From: Dimorphilus gyrociliatus
Taxonomy: Eukaryota; Animalia; Annelida
Assembly (NCBI GenBank): GCA_904063045.1
Contig: CAJFCJ010000014.1
Location: forward strand, 1,048,217-1,110,617
Direction of reading: 5' to 3'
DNA: 62,401 nucleotides
In this document: positions 26,385 to 39,634 of the stretch, piece by piece
Layout of the letters: every line of letters begins with the position of its first letter
How positions within the stretch are numbered: the first letter of the stretch is position 1
The notes under the pieces: generated by a model
What the model was told of the DNA's origin: nothing
Seen by the model: only the letters and a program-made list of their open reading frames with translations
Databases searched by the model: none
Translations under genes and position numbers: made by a program

Positions 26385-29300
26385 CATATTTATGTTAAAA
26401 AAAGAAAAGAAAATATATATATATATATAGGAATATTATAAATATACACATTATATATATTTACATATATTACACCGAAATTTTTGACCAAAATACACCT
26501 TCAAAGGCATTTAGACACAGCTGTAACTTTGTCCAAGGTATACATTCGGTATAACATATATGTATATATATATATATATACAGTATAAATATATATATAT
26601 ATTAATATATAAAACGTATACTTTGTATTTATCATCTAAATAAAAATATAAACGATAAGTTGTTATTTGCCTCTTTTGAGAGTCAAAAAAAAAAGAATTC
26701 TTTTTTTTTGAAGTGTTAACATGAAACACTCGCATTAGAAGATGTAAGAAAAAGAGGAATGAGAGCAGCGCACCAGATACTGAAACTGAATAGCAATCAG
26801 TACCTGATGTAATACTCACATCCCAATTCTTTGTTAGAATCGTCACAGGTGTTAGAAATGTATTTGACTCCTTATTACTACTTTTTTTTACTTTTATTTC
26901 CTCTCTTTTTTATTCTCTAGTTTATCTCTTTCTCTCTATCTTAATCAACCAATCAATCTTTATCTCAATTTTTAATATATTACTCTTAATTTTAATATTA
27001 CTGAAGTACTAATTATCTTCTCCTTACTCTCTCTCTCGTATTACCATACCCTCCCTCTCAGTCCTTTTCTTTCTCACACAAAAATCCACATGACGTTTAG
27101 TTGATAAATATAGAACACTTAAAATTCGCGTCTATTGAAAGATTTAAGTCAATTGAATACTTGAGCATCCTGCATACTATTCAAGTGCAGATATACATCT
27201 GCAAGCTTTTGTTAATTTAACCTACGAAATTACGCAGTTTACAAAATATACATATATATATATATATATACTACATATTAACACGCTTACATAGCTAGGT
27301 TTATACTAATTGTGAATAGTAATACTTTTCCTTATACGAACAAACATTCCTCAAAGACTAGAATTATTAATATTTGAATTAAAAATATGAAGAAAAAAAA
27401 AACAATACAAAAAGACAAAAAAAAAGAAGACTATTGACATAAACAGTAAAGAAAAAAACCAAAAGCATTTAATTTCTTATTAAAAGAAAACTGTTGTTTT
27501 TTTTTTTCTTTTTACTTTTTAAATTGTTTCTATTAAAATAAAATAAAAAAAAAGAAAAACATAAAAAAGAGGGATGAGTGAAACGAAAGAAAAAAAAAGT
27601 AATAAAAAAACAAATATTGTTAACCTAATGTAAGAATATTGCACGATGCAGCACAATGCCAATAAAAAAACGAGAGCGTGTTAGATGAAAAAGGTGCTAA
27701 AATTCATGTAATCTCAGCGAGTAGCGCGATAAGGGCAAGGTTTTTCGAGTCACGTTTACCAGCTGAGATTATACGAACATGCACACGTACGTCACACATT
27801 TCTAGTTAGTTAGGGTCAATTTTTATCTCTAATATTTTCGTATATATGTATAATTCTAAAAATACATACATACTTTCATTCATTCATACATGACTATATA
27901 TTTAACCATAAATACATATAAATATATATAAATAGATTTATATATATTTATAAATAGATATGTGTAAATAGATACTTATAATATATACATGTATGTTTTT
28001 TTCTATATTAAGAATATGCTAGAAGTATTAGAAATAATAAAAAAATAAATAATAATAAAACAACAATAACAACAAAAGTTACAACACTCTTAGTTGTTGA
28101 TAGAATGGAATAATGAGGGTTGTCTTTAAGGGTAGAGGGATGTGGTGATAAATAAACAACAAAAAAATTAGGAATAATAATGAGAATAAAGAACAAACTA
28201 GATAAAAAAAAAATATTATATTAAGCAAGCAGAAACACTACACCAGAGCCAGATATCAGTCGAAATTCTGAGTTTTGCCTTACTTGCCACTTACGTCTCA
28301 GAATTACCGGCTGATATTAGGCGCAGATGAGGAAGATTTTTTGGTAAGGATGATGCAACAAAAGCCAAAAAAAATATATATATTTATATTTATACATATC
28401 TATATATATATATATATATAGATATAATCAGCCATGCACCGTGCATCAAAAACAAAAAAAAAAAGGATTGTTTTTCTGGTGAAATGGGGAGGTGGAGGTG
28501 GAGGTGGAGGAGGAAAATATATCCATGCAAAGAAAAAAGAAAAAAATTTTTCCTTTCTTTTTTTTTTTGTTCTCAAATTAAATTTTTGTTAAGAGAAAAT
28601 TAAAAAAAAAATAACACCAAAATAATAATAATAATGATAAAACTATTAATTAAACCGTTCACCACAAATGAAAACAATTGTGTAAGTGTGATAATAAAAA
28701 TTTTTTATAATCAATAAAATTTGTAAAAACTTCCTACCTTCCTCCTTTAATGCCGAAATTGCCTCCGATTTTCTATCGAGTTGCTCGCTTAATCGACGAG
28801 CCGCTTCTAAACCTTCTCTTGCTTCTTCTAATTCGCTTTCCAGCCTTCTAATGTGGTCCTTGTAGTGTTCGACATCGTGTCGGTAACGTTTTACCTCCTC
28901 GTAGGCTTTTGATTCGCCATCTGCTCTTTCAGCTTCGAACTGCTCGAGAACTAACTGTAGATTCTTCACTGCGGTCACGTGTTGCTCCAGCTGACTCCTC
29001 AAATTCGTATTCTGGACATAGGCCTCATCACGCTGCCTAGATATTTCACTAATCTGCAGACGAAGCTGTTTTACCGTCGAATCCGCAGCCGATTTCGTAC
29101 CCTCGACGGTTTTTAATCGGTCATTTGCGGTCTTTTCTGCTAATTCAAGCTTCTCTCTTAAAGCAGCTTCTCTCTGACTAGAAAGAATAGAATCTTGAGT
29201 ATGACCGTCTTCCATTTGTATCAAATGAGCTCGTAAACGTTCCAACTCGGACTGTAATCTCATTTCGCGATTTTTCAAAGTTGTAACTTCGTTTTTACTC

Positions 29301-32300
29301 TGCTCCAAAGAGTTTGTTAAATCTGCGTTTTTTCTGATAACTTTATCTCTTTCCTGAGTTACACCCTTCACATGACCTTCCCAAGCGGATTCCCTTTCAT
29401 CATCTTTTTTGACGGACTCTAGCCTGGCTTTACAATCATTTAACTCCAACTGATATGACGTTGCTTTTTGTCTTAACTCAATTATTTCTGACTGAAGTGT
29501 ACACGCCCGATTCAAAGCCTCATCCTTCTCAGCCTTAGCCAAGTCCCTTTCTGAAGTTGCATTCTCCAAATCAATAAGTGTAGATTCTAACGACACTTTT
29601 GTGCTAAGTAATTGCTCCTCTAGTTTTTCCTGTTGACTTTGCAAAGAGGCCATGTGACTTTGTAATTGCGATTCGGTCGCATCGCGTTCCGCTAGCAATT
29701 TTTCAAGCTTGTTTATTGTTAGGCGTTTTTCCTGTAACGTAAAACGTGTCATGTCAAGAGAGTAATAACGAGATTACAAGCATTACTCACCTGTACGTCG
29801 TCTTCAAGATTATTAGCGTCAACGTTGTTTACATCAATGTCTATTTTCTTTTTTAGCTCCTGTGCACATTCTTCTTGCTGTAAGCAAACTTGCCTTAATT
29901 CACTAACATCTAAAGTCGCTTTAGCTAACGCATCAGATTTCTCTTCAAAGCTCTTTCTCAACTCGACTAATTCGCCTTGCAGTTTTGAAACAGTATTACT
30001 CAATCTAACAACTTCCTGATGATAACCAACACTTTCTGCATGTTTCTGTTGTAATGCATTAGTTAAAACGGCTCTATCCTGAGTAAGTTGGGCTAATTGG
30101 TGAGCAGTTTGTAGATCTTGGCCAGAACTTTGTAATAAATCTCCGAGACTATCGCACTTTTGCCTTAACATTTCTAATTCTTGATCTCGTTCTCTTATTA
30201 GTAGGCTTAGTTTTTGTATAGTATCTTTCGACATCTCATTATCACTCTCTATTGTCGAAGAATCGAATTTTACCCTAACATTCCCAGCATTTTCCAGTTT
30301 TTTCTTTAAATCGGCTATACTATCTAATAATTTAGCATTTTCTCTTTTTAATTGAGCATTTTCTCTTGATTTATCATTAAGTACAGCAGACACTTGCTCT
30401 TTCTCCGAAAGCGCTTGAGACAATTGCTGCTTGGAATCTGCTAATTGCATAGTCGCCGTTTGAAAAGCGGCTCGAACGGAAGGTAGCGTTGTCTGTAATT
30501 CATCCTTTTCTCTCTTAAGGGCTTCTATAGTCTTCTTTAAATTGTCAGAATTATCATCATCTGCTTGACCTTCAACAATCCGCTCATCTACGTCATCATT
30601 ATTCACCTTTAGATCTTTATTTTTTATACCGTTTTTCATAAGCCCCAATTCTTCATCTCTCTTCTCTAATTTTTCTACTAATTCATCGTTTAATGATTTT
30701 TGAATGGATAATTCTTGAGCAAGTTGCAATGCCTTCCTATTCCTATCTTCCAAAATAACCATTTCAGCACGAATTTTCTCAAAATCAGCCATTTTGTTAT
30801 CGTACTCAAACTTGAGTTGCTCAAAAGCAATTTCAGCCAATTTTTGATTTTTTAAAGCTACGTCTAAAGCATTCTGACTCTCCTCTAACCGACCTTTTAA
30901 TGAACATAACTCAGGATCTGGATTAGCTAAACTTTCTGCCTCATTTAATCGAGCTCTTAACATTTCTAATTCTAGCTGAACGCTTTCGTTAATTTTCATA
31001 GTATTGTCTTCATCTAACTTTTGTATTATATCATTAACTTTTTCCTCACATGCAGAGATGCGATTATTTAATTCTGTCTCTGAACTAGGATGATTATTGA
31101 TTTTGACCAGTTCAACGTTAGTAGTTTCTTTATTATTTTCTAGGGAATGTAAGGCTGCGTACCGATTTTCGACCTCTTGTAAAAGCTGATGTAAAGTAAT
31201 AACAGGGTAATTTACAAGGTTAATATTTCAATTGATTCTTAGAAAATTCATTACCTTTTCAAGTCGAGAAATTTCTTGCTCCTTTTTCTCATTTCCTAAA
31301 AGTTCTTTTATTTCTGTTATTGCCTCTTCAATTTTTATACTTTCGTCTAAATTTTCCGCCATTTGGGAATTAAGACTTTTAATTGCTTTTTCCTTTTCTT
31401 TTAGATCATCTCTTTGCTTCACAAGGACATCTTCTAGAGCTTTCTTTTCGTTTTCAACAACGTTACGATACAATTCAAATTCGTTAACTTGTTGTTTTAG
31501 ACGTTCAACCTCTGACTCTTGAAGACCGGGATCATTTTCCCACGCCAAAGAGTCAGTGCTCTTAGCATCATCGTCCACCCTTTCCTTGTCGGCTGAACTC
31601 TCGTCCTTCGTAAATGCATTTAGTATTTTGCGCGTTAGATCTTGAGATCTTTTATCACCCAAATCTTCCATAAGGCGCCCGGTATCAAGAGTCGATCTTT
31701 CTAGAGCGTCCATTATTGCAATTAAATCTTTCTCCAATTGTTCTTCCTAGTAGAAAAGAAAAAAATTAATAATTTTCCAAATGGCTATTTTTGAAAGAAA
31801 GGAACTTGTTCAACGACCGAGGATACACTTAAGAATAAGATAAGACAGTGGAAAAACCATTACTCCGTCGTTCAAGATTATTACCTGGCATTTAGTTTTC
31901 AACAATTGGGCGGTTAGAGCCGATCTCTCGTGAAGAAACGTATTTGCTCGGATTTGATTGTGAAGGCTTACGGCACGTTTGGTTTTATCCAATTCCGTCA
32001 TAAAAGACGCTCTCAATTCCTGCATATTTATACAATCCGCTATATTGATTGTAGCTGACCTTAAAGGCGACTTCACACAAAAGAGAGCGCAAACAATCTT
32101 TTTTTTATATGTTTTTTCAAAAACATGCATAACCAAAACGGGAAAGAGACATGAAGGGAATATTTATTGGCAAAAGAACAAAGAGTTTACCTGGCCACTC
32201 TCAACATTCTCTAAAAGTTTCATCTTGCAAACGTCTAATTCGTCGCGTAATGTTGCCGCCTCTAAATCGGTATTTTCGCATCGTCTATCTAAACCTATAC

Positions 32301-35300
32301 TCGAAAAAAGAGATAAAAAAGAATATCAATTAATAAACACGTTATCAGTCTATTCATATCCGGCAAGGTCGTTGCTGACGAACCGTCTGGTACTTACCAT
32401 CGCAACATTCTTCCAGTTGGATAATTCTCTGATTGGCGCTTCTGAGCTCCTCTTGTAATCTTTCTGATTGCTTTTTAAGCGACTCTTTTTCTATATCTTC
32501 AAAACTGCTTTTATCTAATAGGAAAAAAGTAGACATCGAACTAGATAAATGTTTCAAAGTTATAATGATTATCTTACCGTCCACTGCTGGTTGGGATCTG
32601 TGTAACCTTTCTAAAGCTTGAAGTTCTCGTTCATGGTGTTCCCTTTCGGCCGAAAGCGCCACCTCCAATGACTGAATAAAAAAAGAAATGATTTTGTTGT
32701 AAAAATAGAAAGTGTGCGCATATATATATATATATATATATCACACTTAATAAAAAGGAAACTTTGTTCAAGTGTAAATAAATTAAAAAAAAATGCTTAC
32801 TTTAACTTTATTCTGGAGTACGGCAGTGACATTGTAGCCGTCTTCATCCTGTGGAGATAGTGGAAAGAATGGCAATCTATCAACAGCAGAAATAAAATAA
32901 TAATACCTAGAGCCGACCGCTCAAGAGGAGAGTAAATACAACGCGGCCGTTCATATCTCGCAAACACTACTTATCATTCGTCGTATCTTATCAGCTTCAG
33001 GTATTGCCAAGCTGACTGGTATTGTTTAAGTTTTTTTTCTCTCCTTTTATATTCTACATTACACTTAAACTATCTAATTTAATTCTTTAAATACCGCTCG
33101 CTCTCAATAGATACAAAGAAGACAAGTTAAGGGAGATATGTTGTTGAGATACGAATGAGTAGAGATGTAGGAGTGATATGATAGTTGTAAGCGAGAGAAG
33201 GAAGGGGGAGGAGTGACGGGCGAGGGGGGTGAAAGCTTTGGCAAACTATCCGCAGCTCAAGTAGTCAGCTGCGCCTTGAAGCCATATGCCGCGTATTATG
33301 TTTGTTCAATCACGAATATGGGCGAAGATAAGCTACGCACGTGTTCAAAATCTGCACTACACATTTCTCTTCTCGTCGAGGGTGGCGGAAAGGGAGGGAG
33401 GGAGGGGACGGGAGGGAATAAGCAAGATGAAGCAATACATAAATGGGAATTATGGCCAAATAATTGCTTTGATATGTTCAAATTCAATTAATAGATATGT
33501 TGATGTAGGATAACGGGAAATGAAAGATAATTGCCTATTATAGAAAAAAAGTTATCGGGCGATACTAACCCGCTCATTTGCTGACAGTTCATTCTTCAGT
33601 CGGTCGCACTGATTCTGTAATCGTCTAACTTCAGATCGCAACCTGTTGATTTCCCTCTGGCTGTTGATCACGTCCGATATATCGTCCTCGTCATCGCCTG
33701 AAATCGATCAATTCGTTATTTCTACGTTTTCTTTCTGCCGGGAAAGCCGTATAACAACGACGCTAACGAGAACTTAATCTTTTAACGGGACGGTCTAAGA
33801 AACAAAGCAACTCCAAAGTTACCTTTCAATGCAAACCCAAACGGCGGAAATGCATTGGCGCGCTGTGTCGTTTCATACTTTGTTCACTTCCTATCCTTAT
33901 CCAATAGCCGTCTGCCACGTATCAGGCCGTATGAATATTTAATAACGAGGAGCATCTCGTCGTTAATCAGGCCTACTCTATCTCAAAATAACCTGCTAGC
34001 ATATATATGCTACGGTCGACTGATATATATCCGTCCCTTCTATAAATACGTACAAAAAAATGCTTCAGTGTATTTCGTCGCCGCCTAAACACTCGAATAT
34101 GCCGACAGATTAGAAGCCCAAGTTAAACATTGAACTTTAGATCAAACTTTCCAATGTCTACATACACTTAAAAGGCCGCCACACGGTACCGACCTAACGG
34201 AAACTTTACCGTCTTAAGGAACGATCTGAACGACAGCTGTCCGCCGCAAAAAAATATTTCATCGATATCTTGCCGTTTTAAAACAGCTGTCAGATCTATC
34301 TCGTTCAATATATTGTATATAATCTACATCACACACGTATGAACAGACGAACATCCACATATACCTAGATAAACAATACGCAATATGTAATGTTTAAATA
34401 TAAGAGTTTAAGCATATTCAACTAATATACACGAATACATAGTATACATACTATACTATATATATAGTATATCAAATATCGAATGTTATTATGATTATAG
34501 ATTCAGTATATATATGTAAATATGTATATATATATTGAGAATATCTGGACGCCATATATAAAAATTTCTTCGAATTATCCCACGTGCAAGAATTCGACAT
34601 GTTTCTCTCATTTTACTCTTCTCTATTCCCCACCACATATTTTATTTTCTTGTATATTCTTAAATATTTTTCACATCTTCAACAATAGATACGATAAAAG
34701 AGAGATATATGTCTAGATAGATAGATAGATAGAGAATAAGATAGAAAGTATTCTCTTTCAGCATTAGAACACCCGGAACTAGAATCGACTTTGACAACTG
34801 AAAGTAAACATGGCAAACGATCCGCAGTCAATTTTTAGCACGTGTTACGCGATTGGAATAGAATATTAAAGGCGCTCAAAATTTAATTAAAAACAATGAA
34901 AAGAGAGAATTAATAACCAAAACACAAAAAAAAGAAAAGAAAAAATAGCTGACAAAACAAGAAGAAAAAAAAATATTTCTACTAACCTAAAGACAATGAG
35001 GTTGGACCAGATTCTGAAATCGAGTGGGTGAAGTCGCTCTCTAAGTCGTTCTGCTTTTCCTTCAACAATACGATTTCGGCCTGTCGTTATTTGAAATCTG
35101 ACCGTTAGTGACTAACGCTGAATAGGTTCATTTTGAAAAAAAATATTTCTGCCTTATCTTACTCAAGCTTAATTGATAAGGATAATTCATTTCCTTTTCA
35201 AAAACGGTGGAGTACGACGTTACTACTCAAAGTTCTCTTATATCTAATCTAGAATTTTTATCTTATCATTAAATTTAAAATATTTTTGAGAGACGTTCTC

Positions 35301-36118
35301 CCACAAACGCATATAATATACATATATATTGATGAGTCGAATTAGAGAAAATTCAAACTATCTATACAAGATAGATGTACACAAATAAAAAGACCTATGT
35401 CTATGTATAAAAAGTTTGTAATTAAATATCAATCTATAAATAGAATAGTAATCAGCGCGAAGCCGAAATAAAGATTTTCTAACTTAAAAATTATTACCGA
35501 TAGAAAAAAATTCTAATAAGTTTTATAACTTATCAGCAAGCTTCACGACTTATCGACTATCACGTCTTGGACTCGAAACTCCTGATTAGCAACTGGTGCA
35601 TTTTTTTCCCTTGTGGAGATAACACATATACCATAAAATACGAATTGAAAAACTTATGGCCTCAGAGGCTGAGAGAGTACGTGCAAAATTTTTGCGAAGA
35701 ACAATAAAAAATAGGAACACGAGAAAGAATGAGAAAAGGCAGAAATATTTTATATTATCAATCTTGATAGTTTTTTTTTTTTAAAGAATAAAACACTGTC
35801 TCTAACCTCTTTTTTACTCAAAAGGGATTGATATCTTAAAGCTACATTCTTAACTTCTAATTCAGCAGATTCCAATTTACTGCGAAGTTCTCCATTCTCT
35901 TCCTCTATTCTATTCACCTGCCAAAGTAGATAGTGTTATCATCAACAAACTAAGATTGTCGTTCACGAATGGAAAATATATCATTGTGATAGTTAAATTA
36001 CACAATCAATTACATTTATGTACGTGAGCCAAAAGTTTATATCTATATCTATCTGTATGTATATATGGATGTATATTAGTGTATAAATACCTAAAACATC
36101 TAATTACATAATATATAG

Positions 36119-36161
<43 letters not shown>

Positions 36162-37103
36162 CATAGATATTGACTAAAACAATTCACTACCCCGCCACTC
36201 CCTATGAGAGTCTAACATATTGAAAATGTTGCTGATAACGACATAAATCATCATCGAATTGTAATCTTTCTACATGTCATTCGGTCCATTAAACCTATAA
36301 CTGTTATCATCCGGCGACCTATACTACTATCATCGTTTTATAAGGTAACTACTAATTGAAACGGTAGATGGCAGTAGCAAGATTTAAGATTAAATAATAT
36401 ATATACAGTATATATATGTAAAGGATATCAAACCTCCAACTTCTGAGAAGACGATTGAGCCTCCAAATCGGAAATATGTTTCTTAGCAAGCCGAAGCTCT
36501 GACTGATAATCTATAATGAAATATAAAAAGAAATCAGTTCAAACTGTTCGTTCAGTAGGAGAATTAGAATAAAAAATGTCAATATATATAGTTTTCAATA
36601 TTTTAGAGTAATTTCAAAAATTCTCAACGATTAATTGATAAATTATCATATTTTCTTTCATATGTTTTTTTATTATATAGTAGATCTTAGTTTATCTCTA
36701 GTTAGGTGTTAAATAACCACGTTGTATATGAGTCAACAACGCAAACCATATATGAATTTAGTTAAGTAACGTCACTTTTTTAAACCTTCTATCTTAACAA
36801 AAATGTGTCTGGTACTTTGAAAGTTACGCTTTTCTTTGTTTATTGTTTTCGCAAGCTTAAAGCAATTGTTGTATTGACTTATTGTAATGATTAGATTGTA
36901 TAAATAGAAATATGTAATGTTGTGCTGGATATCAGTTATTAACTATTTGTAAAAATTGGAATTTTTGAAGCAATCGCGATTAACTGTACGAAAATATTTG
37001 CATTACCATCAACTTCCTCTGTTCCTTCTGTTAGCACCTCCTTAGTAAAATTAGAAATTTGGCCAGTAATCTGCCCAACACGATCGCCGAACCAAGAAGA
37101 CAT
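25326..37103 (-). CDS. TRIP11: Golgin GMAP-210 / thyroid receptor-interacting protein 11, multi-exon
   Basis: N-terminus MSSWFGDRVGQITGQISNFTKEVLTEGTEEVD (ATG 37103) matches the TRIP11 N-terminal motif. Long coiled-coil exons span 28740-33700. GRAB domain RVDK/TVVKNLILGYLHTPASKQPEVLLLIGKILGFTQAELEQ and GRAB-associated WLKGWFG...SLSQLFVNFLE/REST lie at 25620-26200. Confidence 0.93.
26756..26825 (-). ncRNA. mir-12: pre-miRNA, miR-12 family (mature 5p 26818-26797)
   Basis: Minus strand reads UGAGUAUUACAUCAGGUACUGA, matching miR-12. It folds back on ucaguaucuggugcgcugcucuca. Intronic and in host-gene sense. Confidence 0.93.
27703..27778 (-). ncRNA. mir-216a: pre-miRNA, miR-216a/miR-304 family (mature 5p 27771-27750)
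   Basis: Minus strand UAAUCUCAGCUGGUAAACGUGA (miR-216a-like, seed AAUCUCA) pairs with the 3' arm aucgcgcuacucgcugagauua. Confidence 0.92.
28245..28325 (-). ncRNA. mir-216b: pre-miRNA, miR-216b/miR-283 family (mature 5p 28319-28297)
   Basis: Minus strand UAAUAUCAGCCGGUAAUUCUGAG pairs almost perfectly with cucagaauuucgacugauaucu across a 24-nt loop. Seed AAUAUCA as in miR-216b/283. Confidence 0.9.
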
Positions 37104-37268
37104 TGTTCATCAAATGGAGAATACGTTCGAGTTCTTTGTGATTTAACACATAATTTTCCATTATAACGTAATCATATTTAAGGAGTTTTAATGTTAGATT
37201 ACGCAGTCATTATGTTTTAAAAACAAATTAATCGTCGATCGTATTTGCCAACTCGTCGTTCAGAGAGT

Positions 37269-37280
37269 TGACCTTGACCC
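37269..37280. promoter_or_regulatory. Nuclear-receptor direct repeat DR0 (GGGTCA AGGTCA) in the TRIP11 promoter
   Basis: TGACCTTGACCC lies 166 bp upstream of the TRIP11 ATG. Near-identical elements occur at 39863-39874 and 42894-42905. Confidence 0.55.
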
Positions 37281-38749
37281 CCACCGGTTTCGTGTATTCA
37301 GAAACGAATCGTGAAAAACGTATACTATATTTTAAGATGTCAAATCTTCTTAAAGACCGGTCAATTTTTGGAGCGACATCTACACAACGTCAATTTATGA
37401 ATGTAAAAGCAAAGAAACATTTTGTCCCATCAATAATCTTTTTCTATTAAAAGAATTAGCAAATTGAATTTTAAATTAGTAAATTAAAAATGGATAAAAA
37501 TCAATTGTCCGCCATAGAAATAAAACATAAATCAAAGATAAACTACTTTTTTTAACGAATTTAAATTTCCATTGAAAGTCCCACCAGTTTGCCTTCGTTT
37601 GAACACTAACTATACTATTTAGAAAGATAGAAAAGCAGTAAATTTTGGGAAGAAAGGGAAGTTAGAACACAAAAAGATGTATATATATATATATTCTGTG
37701 CGAATATTTTCAAAAATAGAATCTTGTAGCAAAGATGCTTTAAAACAAATAATATTTCAGGTGTGGTACATTCAAAAAGTTCATATTCTAGTTCTCTTGT
37801 TTTAAATCTTGAACTTAACAATAAGAAACAATAAACTTTGAAATCGGTTGTTAATAGAATCAATTATATAGCTCTGAAATATTTTCTTCGATAAGTGTCT
37901 TATTTGAATTATGTTAGAGAAATATTGAATTTTTAATAGCTTTAATCTAAGTTTTTTGAAATAATTCCATACTTCAAACATAATTGCCTTATTTCAACGA
38001 CTAATGAAACTTTTCATTCCATTGACTATGTGAATAAAAGACGATAGGTTAGTAAAATATTGTCATAAAGCAAAAAAAAAAATGAGTATATATAGTATAG
38101 CGTATGTATGTGCAGTATAAATATATATTTCTCTTCGGCTTGTGATCACCACCCACTGTCCTCTAACGCCCCCTCACCTAATCATATTTCAATTTTGTCT
38201 TCTTCCTGTTTACAATTTCAATTGAAATTATTACAATATTTCTCTCTCAAAATATTTGCTGTAACATTTTGAAAAAAGAAATTGAATTGCTAAAAATAAA
38301 ATAAATACTCTTTCAAAAGGATTAGAAACTTTTGTAATAACCAAGTAAGACTGACTCAATAAAGATGAATTTGTCAAACAAAATTTATCAAATAAAAAAC
38401 GAAATTACTGACAGGAACATATTTTTTTTTTGGTTGTTTTGATTGCTTTTCTTATGTAAAAACAAAAAGAAAAGAAAAAAGATTACATTATTTAATATCC
38501 TAAAAATCAATAGGTAAAAGTTTTTTATCTTCCATTTTAAAAATATTCATATTTTCTTTCCTCATGGTAGAAAAACAATATTTCTTTTTTACGAATTGTC
38601 TTTGTCAATAAAATATTCGGAATGATTGAGGATAAAGTCACCACCATTAATTCCTTAGGCTATTTATATAACACAAACTTATATGTAATGAGTGTGAGAA
38701 CCCTAATCACGATCGTTTCTTGGCAAACAATCTACGTTTACCAGTAAAA

Positions 38750-39634
38750 TTAAATTTTATCAACATATCGCACACATCTTGCAGCTTCGTCAATCCCTTC
38801 GAATTCTTTATCTAGTCTATGAACTTTCATCTTTTGTTTGTAGTGATAATATTTTAAATATTCCCGTAGTTTGGCTGGCAAAGGTAGATGTTGAATATCG
38901 ACATATTTCATGCAATTAACTATAGCGGCTCTTGCTAGATGACACAATGAAAAAGGATTTTGACGGAAAAGAGGAACGGTAAGCATCGGTTCGAAGAACA
39001 TGCAACACTCGGGATCTTTATAGTGTTCTACCAAACCGCATACCGTTTTTGATTGGTAGACTCCTGAATCTAATGAGTCGAAACTGAAATGATGATCAAA
39101 CTGTTCAATTCTTGCGTGAAGAGTTCGGCAATATCGTCTAAAAGAGACAGAAAATAGGAAATCTTCCTGAGCAGAGTCTCTTAGTAGAAAAGTACCCTCT
39201 GGCTTCGATAACAACTCTTTTTCCGCTTCATAACGGTCCATATCTCCCCAATAGTAAGGACAATTCGTAATATCCAACAAATCGGGAACTAGGCAGTGAA
39301 CATAATCAATTTGCGTATGAACTGGTCCATTTGTCTTCGAGTTAAATTCTACAACAATTGGAGTAACGTCAACTCTAAAGTGAGTCGTTACTAGACCTGT
39401 TAGAGAGTCATCTTCTGAATCATCAATTGATACTTCGAATTGCCGAATCATATGAGGTACTCCTCGAACAACAGTGGTAGTCGTACAGTTGGGATGCTTT
39501 AGTTTTTTGAAGATCTTTAATGAAAATTTCTCCGAGGATCGTTCAATAGATTCTGATCTCTGACATGTAGACTCTGAATTCGTTTTACGTGACCTTTTGG
39601 CGATCTTGAAAAATTTTGATTTCAGTGCACCCAT
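38750..39634 (-). CDS. SOCS5: Suppressor of cytokine signalling, SOCS4/5 (Socs36E) class; single coding exon
   Basis: [33 protein letters not shown]...[22 protein letters not shown] (SH2) and the [12 protein letters not shown]...[23 protein letters not shown] box match SOCS4/5. First ATG (MGALKSK) is at 39634. Confidence 0.93.
   Translation of the reverse strand: MGALKSKFFKIAKRSRKTNSESTCQRSESIERSSEKFSLKIFKKLKHPNCTTTTVVRGVPHMIRQFEVSIDDSEDDSLTGLVTTHFRVDVTPIVVEFNSKTNGPVHTQIDYVHCLVPDLLDITNCPYYWGDMDRYEAEKELLSKPEGTFLLRDSAQEDFLFSVSFRRYCRTLHARIEQFDHHFSFDSLDSGVYQSKTVCGLVEHYKDPECCMFFEPMLTVPLFRQNPFSLCHLARAAIVNCMKYVDIQHLPLPAKLREYLKYYHYKQKMKVHRLDKEFEGIDEAARCVRYVDKI

Noticed and set aside
27150-27205. Short hairpins (ttgaata...tattcaa; gcagat...atctgc) in the miRNA intron as a fourth miRNA
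   Set aside because: Stems too short for a pre-miRNA and no known mature sequence.
27635-27660. TATTGCAC miR-92-like seed
   Set aside because: Remainder does not match miR-92, there is no hairpin, and it is antisense to the host.
32940-33020. Possible 45-nt TRIP11 cassette exon
   Set aside because: Contains in-frame TGA TAA at the required phase and has a weak donor.
35560-35610. B-box-like GTTTCGAGTCC plus TGCTAATC suggesting tRNA-Ser
   Set aside because: No cloverleaf, acceptor stem or A-box.
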